This document shows, one piece after another, positions 17,687 to 27,690 of a stretch of 64,000 nt of DNA (position 1 is its first letter; each line of letters opens with the position of its first letter). The DNA is from an uncultured Ignavibacteria bacterium (GTDB lineage Bacteria; Bacteroidota; Ignavibacteria; Ch128b), in contig CALDZP010000034.1 in the NCBI GenBank assembly GCA_937944105.1, forward strand, positions 111,372 through 175,371. Reading direction: 5' to 3'. The position numbers and the translations under genes are program-made. A model generated the notes under the pieces. It worked only from the letters and a program-made list of their open reading frames with translations, did no database searches and had not been told where the DNA came from.

Positions 17687-18934
17687 ATGGATATTAAAAA
17701 AAATTACACAGTAGTAGAAAGATTCCTTCGTTATGTAAAGTACGATACACAATCTTCTGAAGAATCCACGACTTTTCCTTCAACAGAAAAACAAAAAATC
17801 CTTGGTCAGGTTTTAGTTGATGAATTACGAGAAATTGGAATGGAAAATGTTGAACTTGATGAGTATGGCTATGTTTATGCAGAGTTATCTTCAAATAGTG
17901 ATAAAGATGTACCAGCAATAGGTTTTTTAGCTCATATGGATACATCGCCAGAAGTTAGTGGGGCAAATGTTAATCCCATAATTCACAAAAATTATGATGG
18001 TGGAAAAATTGTTTTGCCTGCTGATCCTACTCAAGTGATTGATCCTGAAGAACATCCAGATTTGAAAGAACAAATTGGTAATGACATCATTACTGCCGAT
18101 GGTACAACTTTGCTTGGAGCTGATAATAAAGCAGGTTTAGCAGAGATAATCGATGCAATGAAAATACTAATTGAAAATCCAGAAATAAAACATGGACCAA
18201 TTAAAGTTTGTTTTACTCCAGATGAAGAAGTTGGCAGAGGGACTGAAAAAATAAGGCTTGATAGATTTGGTGCTAAATATGCTTACACTGTTGATGGTGA
18301 ATCTCTTGGTGAAATCGAGAATGAAACATTCTGTGCAGATACAGTTATTTTAACGATTCAAGGATTTAATTGTCATCCTGGTTATGCGAAAAATAAATTA
18401 GTGAATGCAATAAAAATTGCTTCCGATTTTATCGAAAATCTTCCAAAAGATAGACTTTCACCTGAGACAACCGAAGGTCGGGAAGGATATGTTCATCCCT
18501 ATGTTTTAAACGGTGGAGTCGATGTAACTACCATGAAAATTCTAATTAGAGATTTTGAAGAGTCAGGATTAAAAGAGAAAGAGGCTTTCTTAAAAGAACT
18601 TGCAGAAAAAGTAGTCTCAAAATATCAGAAAGCAAGTTTCAAATTTGAAGTTCAGGAATCCTATCGAAATATGAGATATGTTCTTGATAATCATCCGCAG
18701 GTTGTTCAATATGCTCTTGAAGCAGTAGAGCGTGCAGGTATTAAACCAAAGCTTAATATTATTCGTGGTGGAACAGATGGTTCGAGGCTTTCTTATATGG
18801 GATTACCTTGTCCAAATATATTTGCTGGTGAGCATGCATTTCATTCAAGATTGGAATGGATTTCCATTCAGGATATGCAAAAAGCAGTGGATGTAATTAT
18901 AAATATTTGCAGAATCTGGGAAGAAAAAAGTTAA
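17687..18934 (+). CDS. pepT: peptidase T (tripeptide aminopeptidase, M20B)
   Basis: ERFLRYVKYDTQS start; metal ligand regions GFLAHMDTSPE, GADNKAG, TPDEEVG; C-terminal GGTDGS...H. Confidence 0.92.
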   Translation: MDIKKNYTVVERFLRYVKYDTQSSEESTTFPSTEKQKILGQVLVDELREIGMENVELDEYGYVYAELSSNSDKDVPAIGFLAHMDTSPEVSGANVNPIIHKNYDGGKIVLPADPTQVIDPEEHPDLKEQIGNDIITADGTTLLGADNKAGLAEIIDAMKILIENPEIKHGPIKVCFTPDEEVGRGTEKIRLDRFGAKYAYTVDGESLGEIENETFCADTVILTIQGFNCHPGYAKNKLVNAIKIASDFIENLPKDRLSPETTEGREGYVHPYVLNGGVDVTTMKILIRDFEESGLKEKEAFLKELAEKVVSKYQKASFKFEVQESYRNMRYVLDNHPQVVQYALEAVERAGIKPKLNIIRGGTDGSRLSYMGLPCPNIFAGEHAFHSRLEWISIQDMQKAVDVIINICRIWEEKS

Positions 18935-19066
18935 TTTTTTAGAGGTATTCTGAACGACGGCAGAGGCACAAAAGCTATACAGGAAGAAGAAAAAGTTAAT
19001 CTTTTACTAATATCCTGAATAAGATGCCAGCAGGTTTAATGAAATTCAGTAATATAATTGAGATTT

Positions 19067-19924
19067 ATGCAAGAAAAAGTAATTAAGGCTTCAAGATTCT
19101 CACTTATTTCAAATATTTTTCTTTTCGTGATTAAATTAACCGCTGGAATCCTTTCAAATAGTATAGCTGTTATTTCCGATGCGATAAATTCACTTTCGGA
19201 TATTCTTACAAATATTGCCGTTTATTTTTCAGTTAAGGTTTCATACAAAAGTGCAGATTCAGATCATCAATATGGTCATCATGCTGCGCAACCAATTGCT
19301 GCAATGATGCTTGCGATATTCGCTGGTGTTGCAGGAATAACCGTGATCAGGGAATCAATATCAAGAATAATTGAGCCAACTATCCAAGATATAATTGTTT
19401 TTCCATTTGTCGTGCTTGTTATAACAATACTTCTAAAATCTTTTATGGCTTATTATTTTAAGAAGGTAAGTAAAAAGTATGATAGTCCAGCTGTAAGTGC
19501 TTTATCTATCGATAGTTTAAATGATGTTTTATCATCTCTTATCGCATTTTTTGCTCTAATTATTTCATCATATGGTTTAAAATATTTTGATGGAATAGCA
19601 GGGATACTGATAGCTTTTTTCATATTCAGAGCAGGTTATCATGTTGCAAAGGAAAACATTGATTATTTGATGGGAAAAGCAGCAAGTCAGGAGTTGATTG
19701 AAGAAATATCAAATCGTGCAAAAAAAGTTAATGGAGTTATTGATCTTAGTGGTCTCAGATCACATCAATTTGGAAATAAGTATCACGTTGAAGTAAAAAT
19801 TAAAGTAGATCAAAATCACACAACAAAAGACTCCTACAAAATTGCTCAGGAAGTAAGAAATCTTATTATTCAAATGCCCGAAGTTGCGGATGTTTTTGTT
19901 CATATTGAACCGTGGGAAGAATAA
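19067..19924 (+). CDS. cation diffusion facilitator (CDF) family metal efflux transporter
   Basis: Six TM helices with SDAINSLSD and HxxxD-type sites, plus a C-terminal cytoplasmic domain (HQFGNKYHVEVKIKV...VFVHIEP). I prefer the ATG at 19067 over the TTG at 19058. Confidence 0.85.
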   Translation: MQEKVIKASRFSLISNIFLFVIKLTAGILSNSIAVISDAINSLSDILTNIAVYFSVKVSYKSADSDHQYGHHAAQPIAAMMLAIFAGVAGITVIRESISRIIEPTIQDIIVFPFVVLVITILLKSFMAYYFKKVSKKYDSPAVSALSIDSLNDVLSSLIAFFALIISSYGLKYFDGIAGILIAFFIFRAGYHVAKENIDYLMGKAASQELIEEISNRAKKVNGVIDLSGLRSHQFGNKYHVEVKIKVDQNHTTKDSYKIAQEVRNLIIQMPEVADVFVHIEPWEE

Positions 19925-20009
19925 AAAACTTTAAATGTATGTTTGTTTTTTATTCAAGATTTTTTGGTAATCTTAAGAAAAATCACAAAATCAACAGGTT
20001 ATAAGAGAA

Positions 20010-21869
20010 TTATTGTTGTAATAATTTTTGTAGATCAACAGGGAGTTCATAATTCGGGAAAACTTTTTTTATTTTTTCTAAATACATTTTTGCTTGATCG
20101 AATTTACCATTTACCAATTCATAGATAGTTCGATTAAACAACATACTACGCATTATCTCTTTAATCTCTTTAGTTTCATACAATTCAGGTTTGGTGAATT
20201 TTGGTTCAAAATTTAATGGAGGTGATTCAACATAAGTTCCTCTTTTTGAAAGTTTGTATAAAAATTGAACTGGCACAAGCTCTAAGTCTTCTGAAATTTT
20301 TACTTCACCTCGCAAATACATCTCGATCATTTCTGGTGCAAAATAAACTTCACGATTATTCATATTAAGGCTTACGACAGTATCTTTTAATACAATACTT
20401 TCAGGATGTAACTTATTTAATTGAGTATAATACCATTTTTGTTGTAGTAATTTATATTCAGCTATCACCACATCTTTTCGAACTCCTTCAACAAGTTGAT
20501 AATATAAACTTGGGAAATAAAACGATGAACGAGAACTTAATACGATTGAATTTTTTTCAACTGAATTTAAAAGATAATTCGTATAGTCATCCATTATTGT
20601 GTGATTGCTCAGATCAACTCTTAAATAATTAAAATTTAACTCAAAAAGTATAGCAGGAATTATAATAATACCAGCTATGATTTTTTTTAATTTCTCTCTC
20701 ATTTCTATTGATAGGAGATAGAAGAGTCCAAGTGAACTAAAAAATGAAATGACATAATGTGCTGGTAAATAATACGAATCGATATCAGGTATATTATAAG
20801 TGGAAGAAATCAAAACAGTTGTGATTAAAATTAACATTAGAAAATTAAACAATTTTCTGAATGCAATCGCTGAAATAATAATTCCCAGAAATGATATAAT
20901 TATAGATATGCTAAAGTCAGAACCAGTAAAATTTGATCGGTCAAAACTTATAGTCAGTGTATTAATAAAATTGCCTATATTGGAAAAATATTCACCAATA
21001 CCTGGAAATAAAAATTGATGATATAATCTTCCGGAAATGTGATTGATAAAATCTTTAAATGTTACCGGATTACCCCAATTCAAAAAGGGTTGCATCATTG
21101 CTCTTAAAGGTATATAAAGATAAAACACACTTAGAATAATGAAACCAATAATTGAATAGATAAAGAACTTGGTCAACTTTGTTTTAGTAAAATCAAATTT
21201 ATAAAAATATAAATAGAGAAATCCAGGTACGATATAAACAGTTGATAAATGATTTGTAAAACCAAGAGCTAAAAATAAAATGGTCAAAAACCATGGATCT
21301 TTTAAAAATTTGTTTTCTCTTATTTCGTTTTTACTTTCAAATGCCTGGGTCATAAAATAGAAAGAAAGAGAAAATAAGAATATATGAAGAGAATAAACTT
21401 CAACAGATAGACTATTGAACCAAAATGTTCGGCTAAAACCTAGAGTAAGTCCCCCGAAAACTGCAATGATAATTTTATACTTTTCAGACAGTTCGAATCT
21501 ATCGGAAAATTTGTCTTTTAAAGAATCAGGGATTGTAAAATAGATTTTATAATTATCAAGTACTCGTTTAATGGTTTTTATTAAAACGAAAACAGTTAAT
21601 ATTGACCATAATGCTGTCAAAAAGTTCAGTTTTGTAATTGGACGAATAGGAAATGGAATATGTGAAAATACATAACCAAGAATTGTAAACAATGGATATC
21701 CGGTTGGATGAGCTATTCCTAATGTATATTGAACTGTTGCAAGTTCACCTGAATCTGATGCAATCACTCCAGGTGCTAAAGTTAGAATATAAAAGATAAG
21801 TACAAAAATTGATACCAGATGTGCATAGTATTTGTAGAAAAAATCAGAAATCTTTTTGAAAACAATCAT
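20010..21869 (-). CDS. DUF2723/TMEM260-like polytopic glycosyltransferase-C-fold protein with C-terminal TPR-like tail
   Basis: N-terminal APGVIASDSGELATVQYTLGIAHPTGYPLF motif typical of DUF2723 proteins. Many TM helices and a soluble C-terminal third. Confidence 0.7.
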   Translation of the reverse strand: MIVFKKISDFFYKYYAHLVSIFVLIFYILTLAPGVIASDSGELATVQYTLGIAHPTGYPLFTILGYVFSHIPFPIRPITKLNFLTALWSILTVFVLIKTIKRVLDNYKIYFTIPDSLKDKFSDRFELSEKYKIIIAVFGGLTLGFSRTFWFNSLSVEVYSLHIFLFSLSFYFMTQAFESKNEIRENKFLKDPWFLTILFLALGFTNHLSTVYIVPGFLYLYFYKFDFTKTKLTKFFIYSIIGFIILSVFYLYIPLRAMMQPFLNWGNPVTFKDFINHISGRLYHQFLFPGIGEYFSNIGNFINTLTISFDRSNFTGSDFSISIIISFLGIIISAIAFRKLFNFLMLILITTVLISSTYNIPDIDSYYLPAHYVISFFSSLGLFYLLSIEMREKLKKIIAGIIIIPAILFELNFNYLRVDLSNHTIMDDYTNYLLNSVEKNSIVLSSRSSFYFPSLYYQLVEGVRKDVVIAEYKLLQQKWYYTQLNKLHPESIVLKDTVVSLNMNNREVYFAPEMIEMYLRGEVKISEDLELVPVQFLYKLSKRGTYVESPPLNFEPKFTKPELYETKEIKEIMRSMLFNRTIYELVNGKFDQAKMYLEKIKKVFPNYELPVDLQKLLQQ

Positions 21870-22064
21870 GAAGCAATTTAATAATAAGTGAAGTTTTTTG
21901 GTTAATTAAACTTTAAAGAATTCTGATATAGAAAGAATACTCAAATGATTTTTGAAATAATTTTCCTAAACAGCAAAATTTCTAATTATAAGTAAAAATT
22001 GAAATTTTAGATTTAAGCTTAATTTTTTAGTGATTTAATTAATGATATTAACCAGAACAAAAAT

Positions 22065-22856
22065 TCACATAGATTCACTGGCACTTTTCCAGATAATTTT
22101 CCTGAATAATATGACAAGAACGCTAAATATTGAATAATAATAAATAAAAATTGGAAAGATCAATTTTTCCTGATGCATTATTATTAAAAACGAAATAATT
22201 AAAAGCTGTGTGCCAAGTCCAAGTAAAGAAACCAGTGTCATAAATGAATTTGGTATGTTAGATAAATTTTCTGCTGATTTATCAAGACGATAAACTATTT
22301 CATCCTGCCAACTATAGATCCAGAGATATAATTTATGAAAAACATTGAACCAGAAAGGATTATCGTATGGATAAATAGAAGTAATTTTTTTTTCATTGAT
22401 ATGACTTGTGGTATCTCCGCCGGCTTTATGTCTCTTTAAAACATAATAATAATTATAGATACTTCCTTGAAGATGAAACAGTAGGACAATTAATAAAAAT
22501 TTCAGTAAAGATTCATTGAATCTTAAAGTTAACGAGAGAAAAACTGCAACATTGACAAAAAAATCAACAACCGAGTCATAAAATCTCCCAACATATGAAG
22601 GTCTATTTCTCGCTCGTGCCAGCTCACCATCAACAGCATCGAAAAAACTTTTTGCAAGAATTAAAAGTGCTGACAGAAAGTTGTATTTATTTAAGTAAAT
22701 TAATAACGCTGCAAATAATCCAGAGATTAACGAAAATGTTGTGAAATGGAGTGGAGAGATTTTTGAATCTTTTATACGGTTCACAAGAATTTTTGAAAAA
22801 GGTCTTGAGTAATCAGAAAAATCAAAAAATTTTTCTTTATCAGGTAGTTTATTCAT
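22065..22856 (-). CDS. CDP-alcohol phosphatidyltransferase family protein
   Basis: Signature D(x)2DG(x)2AR...G(x)3D(x)3D is present as DAVDGELARARNRPSYVGRFYDSVVD. Polytopic. Confidence 0.85.
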   Translation of the reverse strand: MNKLPDKEKFFDFSDYSRPFSKILVNRIKDSKISPLHFTTFSLISGLFAALLIYLNKYNFLSALLILAKSFFDAVDGELARARNRPSYVGRFYDSVVDFFVNVAVFLSLTLRFNESLLKFLLIVLLFHLQGSIYNYYYVLKRHKAGGDTTSHINEKKITSIYPYDNPFWFNVFHKLYLWIYSWQDEIVYRLDKSAENLSNIPNSFMTLVSLLGLGTQLLIISFLIIMHQEKLIFPIFIYYYSIFSVLVILFRKIIWKSASESM

Positions 22857-22858
22857 TT

Positions 22859-23443
22859 TTAGATGATGTGAATTATATAAGTTGGAGAATCAAATTTTTG
22901 AATTTTAAAGTGATCAATTGCTCTGACTAAAAAATCTGTTTCATAATATTCAACATCATTAAATCCACCTAACAGTTCAAAAACTTTTCTTCGGCCAAAA
23001 ATCACAGATGTACTTAATAAAGATTCTTTGTTTTCATGTTGTAGAATCTTTTCATAATAGTCTGGATTCTCTGCTTTTAATATTTCAAAATCAATCGAGC
23101 CAATTATTAAATCTACATCGGGATTATAGTCAAGATAATTCATTCGTAATATGATGTGATTTGGTTTAAATTCATCTTCTGGATTTAAAAAAGTAATGTA
23201 GTCACCGATTGCGTTCTTAATTCCAAAATTTTTTGCTGCAACAACTCCATTAAAAAGTCTTCGAAAATACCTTATCTTTTTATTCAGAAGAAAATAATTC
23301 TTTATAAACGATTCAGTTCCATCATCACTTCCATCATCAATTATAAGAAGTTCCCACCTCATTGTAGTTTGATTTAATACGGAATCAATCGCTCTTGATA
23401 TAAAAGATTTTTGATTGTGAGCTGTTAGAATTATTGATACCAT
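22859..23443 (-). CDS. family 2 glycosyltransferase (short, 194 aa)
   Basis: VSIILTAHNQ...IDSVLNQT, IIDDGSDDGT and a DxD-like NPEDE motif. Its first 59 nt overlap the end of the upstream SRPBCC ORF. Confidence 0.75.
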   Translation of the reverse strand: MVSIILTAHNQKSFISRAIDSVLNQTTMRWELLIIDDGSDDGTESFIKNYFLLNKKIRYFRRLFNGVVAAKNFGIKNAIGDYITFLNPEDEFKPNHIILRMNYLDYNPDVDLIIGSIDFEILKAENPDYYEKILQHENKESLLSTSVIFGRRKVFELLGGFNDVEYYETDFLVRAIDHFKIQKFDSPTYIIHII

Positions 23444-23891
23444 TTTTATTAATATTATAAGTCTTGTTTAAATATTCTTCGAGTCCACTGAAAACTTGTG
23501 TCATTAATTTGGAATGAAGTGCAGTTAAATTTAAGAAGAATGAAAAGAATCTAACAACAGGACTTTTTACTTTCAGATCAATTTCATACAGAAGTTTTGT
23601 TCCATTGGTAGATTCGAAAAAATACCATATGCCCTGACCTTCAAATGCACCTGTATAGCTAACAATAATTTCCTTATTTGGAATAATCCTTGTAAGTTCG
23701 ATTTTAAAATTTACTATTCCAGTTTTTATCTGAATAATTGAACCTATTTTTTCAGGTGTTGATTTAATTAACTTCATTTCGGGATTTGTGGGGAACCAAT
23801 TTTTATAACTCGCAAAATCTGAAATTACTGGAAAGATATTTTCAATTTTAAGATTAAAAATTTTTTGATCAAGGGAAGTTAGTTCTTTCAT
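23385..23891 (-). CDS. SRPBCC (START/polyketide-cyclase-like) ligand-binding protein
   Basis: About 140-aa core with the pattern SDFASYKNWFP...W.F...GTKL.YE. The asparagine-rich tail overlaps the GT2 start. Confidence 0.6.
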   Translation of the reverse strand: MKELTSLDQKIFNLKIENIFPVISDFASYKNWFPTNPEMKLIKSTPEKIGSIIQIKTGIVNFKIELTRIIPNKEIIVSYTGAFEGQGIWYFFESTNGTKLLYEIDLKVKSPVVRFFSFFLNLTALHSKLMTQVFSGLEEYLNKTYNINKNGINNSNSSQSKIFYIKSD

Positions 23892-23892
23892 G

Positions 23893-25053
23893 TCAATTAT
23901 TTTTCTCTTCCTTTATTTTTAGCGTAATAAAAATTGAGATTATAGTTAAAGCAATTGAAATATAGAACGGTGCAAAGATATTAAAACTCTCCCATAAAAT
24001 ACCCGCAAAGAATGAGGCTGGAAATGCAAATAATCCCATTATCAGTTGGAATCCTCCAAGAACGCTCGCTCTATATTCAACTGGTGAAAGCTCTGAAATA
24101 AATGTTTTATGCACTGGTTCGAAAGCAGCTTTGTGTAGTCCATAAAGAATAAAACTAAAAACTGCTCCAATTGTTACAGGTAATGAAATCAAGACAATTA
24201 AAGAAACAATCCAGAATAAAAATGAAATTATTAAAACTGCTTTTCGTCCTATTTGATCGGAAAGCTTACCAAAGTAAAATGAAAAAAGAGTTGCAACAAA
24301 AGTGAAAATTAAATACAAGATTGGTAGCGAGTATATTGGAAATCCTTTTTGATTCGCAAAAACAAGAAGGAAAGAATAACTGAAACTACCAAGAGAAAAT
24401 ATTGAACTTACGACAAAAAGTAATTTCAAATTAGTATTTAATAGCTTAAGCGAATAACCTCTAAATGCCTTAGTTTGAATCTTTTCTTCTTTGAAAAATA
24501 AGAAAATTAATAAAGCACTAATTATAGAAGGAAATGCAGCAAGCAGAAAAAGATATTTATATCCTAAAATTGGGAAGAGAATCATACATAAAATAATTCC
24601 TGCAACAGCTCCGAGATTATCCATGCTCCTCAAAAATCCAAAGTTTCTACCTCGAGTAAAATCACTTGAAATATCAGCAATTGCTGCATCTCTTGGGGCG
24701 CTTCTTATCTTTCCTGTGCGATCGAAAATTCTAAAAAATATAACTGGATGATATGTTGTTGAAAAAGCATATCCAACTCTGGATATTGCACCAAATAAAT
24801 ATCCAAGCCAGATAAAGATTTTTCTCTTTTGAATTTTGTCAGAATAAAATCCCGAAAAAGCTTGTGATAATGAAACCAGTGCATCACCTAAACCATCTAT
24901 GAAACCAACAATTGCCATATTTGCTTTCAAATACTGAGTTAGAAATGCGGGCCAGATTGGATAAATTATGTCTGAACCAAGATCATTCAGAAAAGAAGCG
25001 ATTGAGAAAAGCCTGACTACTTTTTTTTCTTTATTGGTTCGTGAATCGTTCAT
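23893..25053 (-). CDS. MFS transporter
   Basis: 12 hydrophobic segments and an MFS loop 2-3 type motif (FYSDKIQKRK / GKLSDQIGRK). Confidence 0.8.
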   Translation of the reverse strand: MNDSRTNKEKKVVRLFSIASFLNDLGSDIIYPIWPAFLTQYLKANMAIVGFIDGLGDALVSLSQAFSGFYSDKIQKRKIFIWLGYLFGAISRVGYAFSTTYHPVIFFRIFDRTGKIRSAPRDAAIADISSDFTRGRNFGFLRSMDNLGAVAGIILCMILFPILGYKYLFLLAAFPSIISALLIFLFFKEEKIQTKAFRGYSLKLLNTNLKLLFVVSSIFSLGSFSYSFLLVFANQKGFPIYSLPILYLIFTFVATLFSFYFGKLSDQIGRKAVLIISFLFWIVSLIVLISLPVTIGAVFSFILYGLHKAAFEPVHKTFISELSPVEYRASVLGGFQLIMGLFAFPASFFAGILWESFNIFAPFYISIALTIISIFITLKIKEEKNN

Positions 25054-25108
25054 AATTTCTTTTTTAAATGTTTCTTAAATTTACAATAAAAATAAGGACT
25101 TATAAAAA

Positions 25109-25342
25109 ATGCAAATTGTTGAACAAAAACGAATGATTCAAGAATTGAAATATTATAAAAACAGAATGTCTCGAGAAGATCTTTATAATTTTGAAATGTA
25201 TGAAAAGAGGACCAAAGATGATGAAGATTTAGATAAAATCTCATTCCAGAAACTTCAGGAAATTTATTCGAAATATGTGAAGAAAAAAAGCAAAAACGAT
25301 TTTGATCATTTATTCAAGAAAAAAGACAGTGATGAAAAATGA
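25109..25342 (+). CDS. small highly charged hypothetical protein
   Basis: 77-aa ORF whose stop overlaps the ATG of the P-type ATPase (ATGA, 4-nt overlap). No Cys/His metal motif. Coding status is not proven. Confidence 0.4.
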   Translation: MQIVEQKRMIQELKYYKNRMSREDLYNFEMYEKRTKDDEDLDKISFQKLQEIYSKYVKKKSKNDFDHLFKKKDSDEK

Positions 25343-27669
25343 GAACAGATAAAAACGAAATTGAAAAATCCTTTCAGGTTAGTGGTGTTGATTGTCCTGT
25401 TTGTGCAGAAGAAGTAAGAAAGGAATTACTGAAATTAGATGGAATTATTTCTGCTAAAGTTGATTTAGAAGAATCGATCCTTTCTCTAAAAATAAAACCT
25501 TCTCAGGCTATTAACAGGGAAATTGAAAAAACAATTTCTGAGCTTGGTTTGCAGATCCAAAAAGAAGGAAGCAAAAAAACTTCTGTATTTTATGTCGAGG
25601 GGATGGATTGTTCTAATGAAGAAAAAGTAATACGTGAAGGGTTGAAGTCAATAAAAGAAATCGAAGATTTAAAATTCGATCTTGTGAATCATAGATTGAT
25701 TGTTATTCATAAAACATCAGAAGGAAAAATACTCAGAACTTTACATGAACTTGGATTCAAATCTGAAATTTACCACAACAAATTACATCTGAAATCTTCA
25801 TCAAGAAAAAAGAATTCACTTCAATTAATAGTCTTAATTGTTTCATCATTATTTGTGTTGTTTGGATTTATTGCAGAGTATTTGAATTTAAATCCAGCAT
25901 TTACAATAAGTATATTTATAATTGCGGTCATCAGTGGTGGATTTCGAATTTTTCAAAAGGCTTTTTTATCCATAAGAAAATTTTTTATTGATATAAATGT
26001 TTTGATGAGTATTGCTGTTCTTGGAGCAATCATTATTGGGAAATATGCAGAAGCCTCTGTGGTGATGCTGTTATATGCTATTTCGTTAAAACTTGAAAGT
26101 TACTCAATTGATAAAGCGAGAAGGTCGATTAACAAGCTTGTAGCTTTAATTCCTGAATATTCTACTATAAAGAAAGGGAATGAATTCATTGAAATTCCAA
26201 CAAGTGAAGTTAAGGTTGGCGATGTACTTCTTATTAAACCAGGAGAAAAAATTCCTGTTGATGGTTTTGTAATTGATGGTTCCTCTGTAGTTAATCAATC
26301 TACTATAACTGGAGAATCAAAACTTATTGCAAAAGTGAAAGGCGATAGCTGTTATGCTGGAACTATCAATCAAAGGGGAACGCTGCTGATTGAAGCAACA
26401 TCGACATACAAAAATTCTCACTTCTCAAAAATATTGTCTCTGCTTGAAGAAGCTACAACCAGTTCAAAGTCAAATCTACAGAATGTAGTTGATGTTTTTG
26501 CTAAATATTATACTCCTGCAGTTGTGTTTTTAGCCTTTGTTGTATCAATGTTTTCTTATTTCGTTCAGAATCAAGATTTAACTCAATCAATTTATAAGGG
26601 ACTAGTTTTGCTTGTAATTTCTTGTCCCTGTGCACTTGTTATATCAACGCCAGTTGCAATCCTTTCAGCAATTGCAAGATCAACAAAGTTTGGAGCTTTA
26701 ATTAAAGGAGGAATCTTTTTAGAAAATCTTCATCGAGTTGATGCAATCGCTTTTGATAAAACCGGCACTTTAACAGAGGGTATTTTACAGGTAGAGCGAA
26801 TTATTCCTCTAAATGATTTATCGGAAAAAGAAATTCTTGAAATTGCTTATAATCTCGAAATTAATTCAGAACATTCGATAGCTGATGCAATAATAAATTT
26901 TGCGAAAAATCTTGAAATAGATGTTGAAGATGTGAAAGATTTTAAGATTGAAGATGGTGCTATATCTGGTGTTTATAAAAATGTGAAATATACTATTGGT
27001 CAACCAAAAATTTTTATTTCTACTCTTACAATTGAGCAAAGAAATTTAATTAATGATTTAGAAAATTCAGGCTATACAGTGATATTAATACTTAAAAACA
27101 ATAATCCTATTGGAATTATTTGTCTTGTTGATTCACTTCGTGAAAGTATGAAAAACACTATTCAAGAGCTAAGACTTGAGGGAGTTAGAAACTTTTTTAT
27201 ATTAAGTGGTGATAATAAAAGTATTGTAGAAAAAATCGCAAAAGATCTTGGAATTGAAAACTACTATGGCGAATTGAAACCTTTTGATAAACTTAATTTA
27301 ATTAAAGAATTAAATCATCGATATAAATTCCTTGCAATGGTTGGTGATGGACTTAATGATGCACCTGCCTTAAAAAGTGCTTCAATTGGTATTGCAATGG
27401 GAAAAATTGGAACTGATGCAACTATAGAAAATTCTGATATAACCCTCATTGGTGATGAAATTTCTAAGCTTCCTAAACTTTTCAGATTAAGTCGTAAAAC
27501 TGTAAAAACCATCAAAGAAAATATTTTTATCTCAATTGCAATTAAATTTATTTTCATTATCTTTACATTAGCTGGAGTTGCGTCAATGTGGGGAGCTATC
27601 TTTGCTGATATGGGCTCTTCATTAATTGTAATTTTCAACAGCTTAAAACTTATAAAATCAAAAATCTAA
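25339..27669 (+). CDS. heavy-metal translocating P1B-type ATPase (Zn/Cd/Co-type CPC pump)
   Basis: N-terminal HMA domain with CPVC, and a second HMA-like domain with a degenerate GMDCSNEE motif. Also TGES, the TM6 SCPCALVISTP motif, DKTGTLT and GDGLNDAPAL. Confidence 0.92.
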   Translation: MRTDKNEIEKSFQVSGVDCPVCAEEVRKELLKLDGIISAKVDLEESILSLKIKPSQAINREIEKTISELGLQIQKEGSKKTSVFYVEGMDCSNEEKVIREGLKSIKEIEDLKFDLVNHRLIVIHKTSEGKILRTLHELGFKSEIYHNKLHLKSSSRKKNSLQLIVLIVSSLFVLFGFIAEYLNLNPAFTISIFIIAVISGGFRIFQKAFLSIRKFFIDINVLMSIAVLGAIIIGKYAEASVVMLLYAISLKLESYSIDKARRSINKLVALIPEYSTIKKGNEFIEIPTSEVKVGDVLLIKPGEKIPVDGFVIDGSSVVNQSTITGESKLIAKVKGDSCYAGTINQRGTLLIEATSTYKNSHFSKILSLLEEATTSSKSNLQNVVDVFAKYYTPAVVFLAFVVSMFSYFVQNQDLTQSIYKGLVLLVISCPCALVISTPVAILSAIARSTKFGALIKGGIFLENLHRVDAIAFDKTGTLTEGILQVERIIPLNDLSEKEILEIAYNLEINSEHSIADAIINFAKNLEIDVEDVKDFKIEDGAISGVYKNVKYTIGQPKIFISTLTIEQRNLINDLENSGYTVILILKNNNPIGIICLVDSLRESMKNTIQELRLEGVRNFFILSGDNKSIVEKIAKDLGIENYYGELKPFDKLNLIKELNHRYKFLAMVGDGLNDAPALKSASIGIAMGKIGTDATIENSDITLIGDEISKLPKLFRLSRKTVKTIKENIFISIAIKFIFIIFTLAGVASMWGAIFADMGSSLIVIFNSLKLIKSKI

Positions 27670-27690
27670 AAATACAATCAGGAGGCGTTT

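Noticed and set aside
18935-19066. Possible metal riboswitch (NiCo/czcD-type or Mn-type) in the 130-nt leader of the CDF transporter gene
   Set aside because: The leader has a slightly GC-richer stretch (GAACGACGGCAGAGGCAC) and short complementary segments (CTGAAT / ATTCAG). I could not recognise the conserved junction nucleotides of any known metal riboswitch by eye. It needs an Infernal/Rfam scan before any claim.
19943-20128. 61-aa ORF downstream of the CDF gene; also 25050-25244 (-) and 24491-24887 inside or next to the MFS gene
   Set aside because: They overlap better-supported genes on the other strand or sit in a promoter spacer. They have no ribosome-binding site and no motif.
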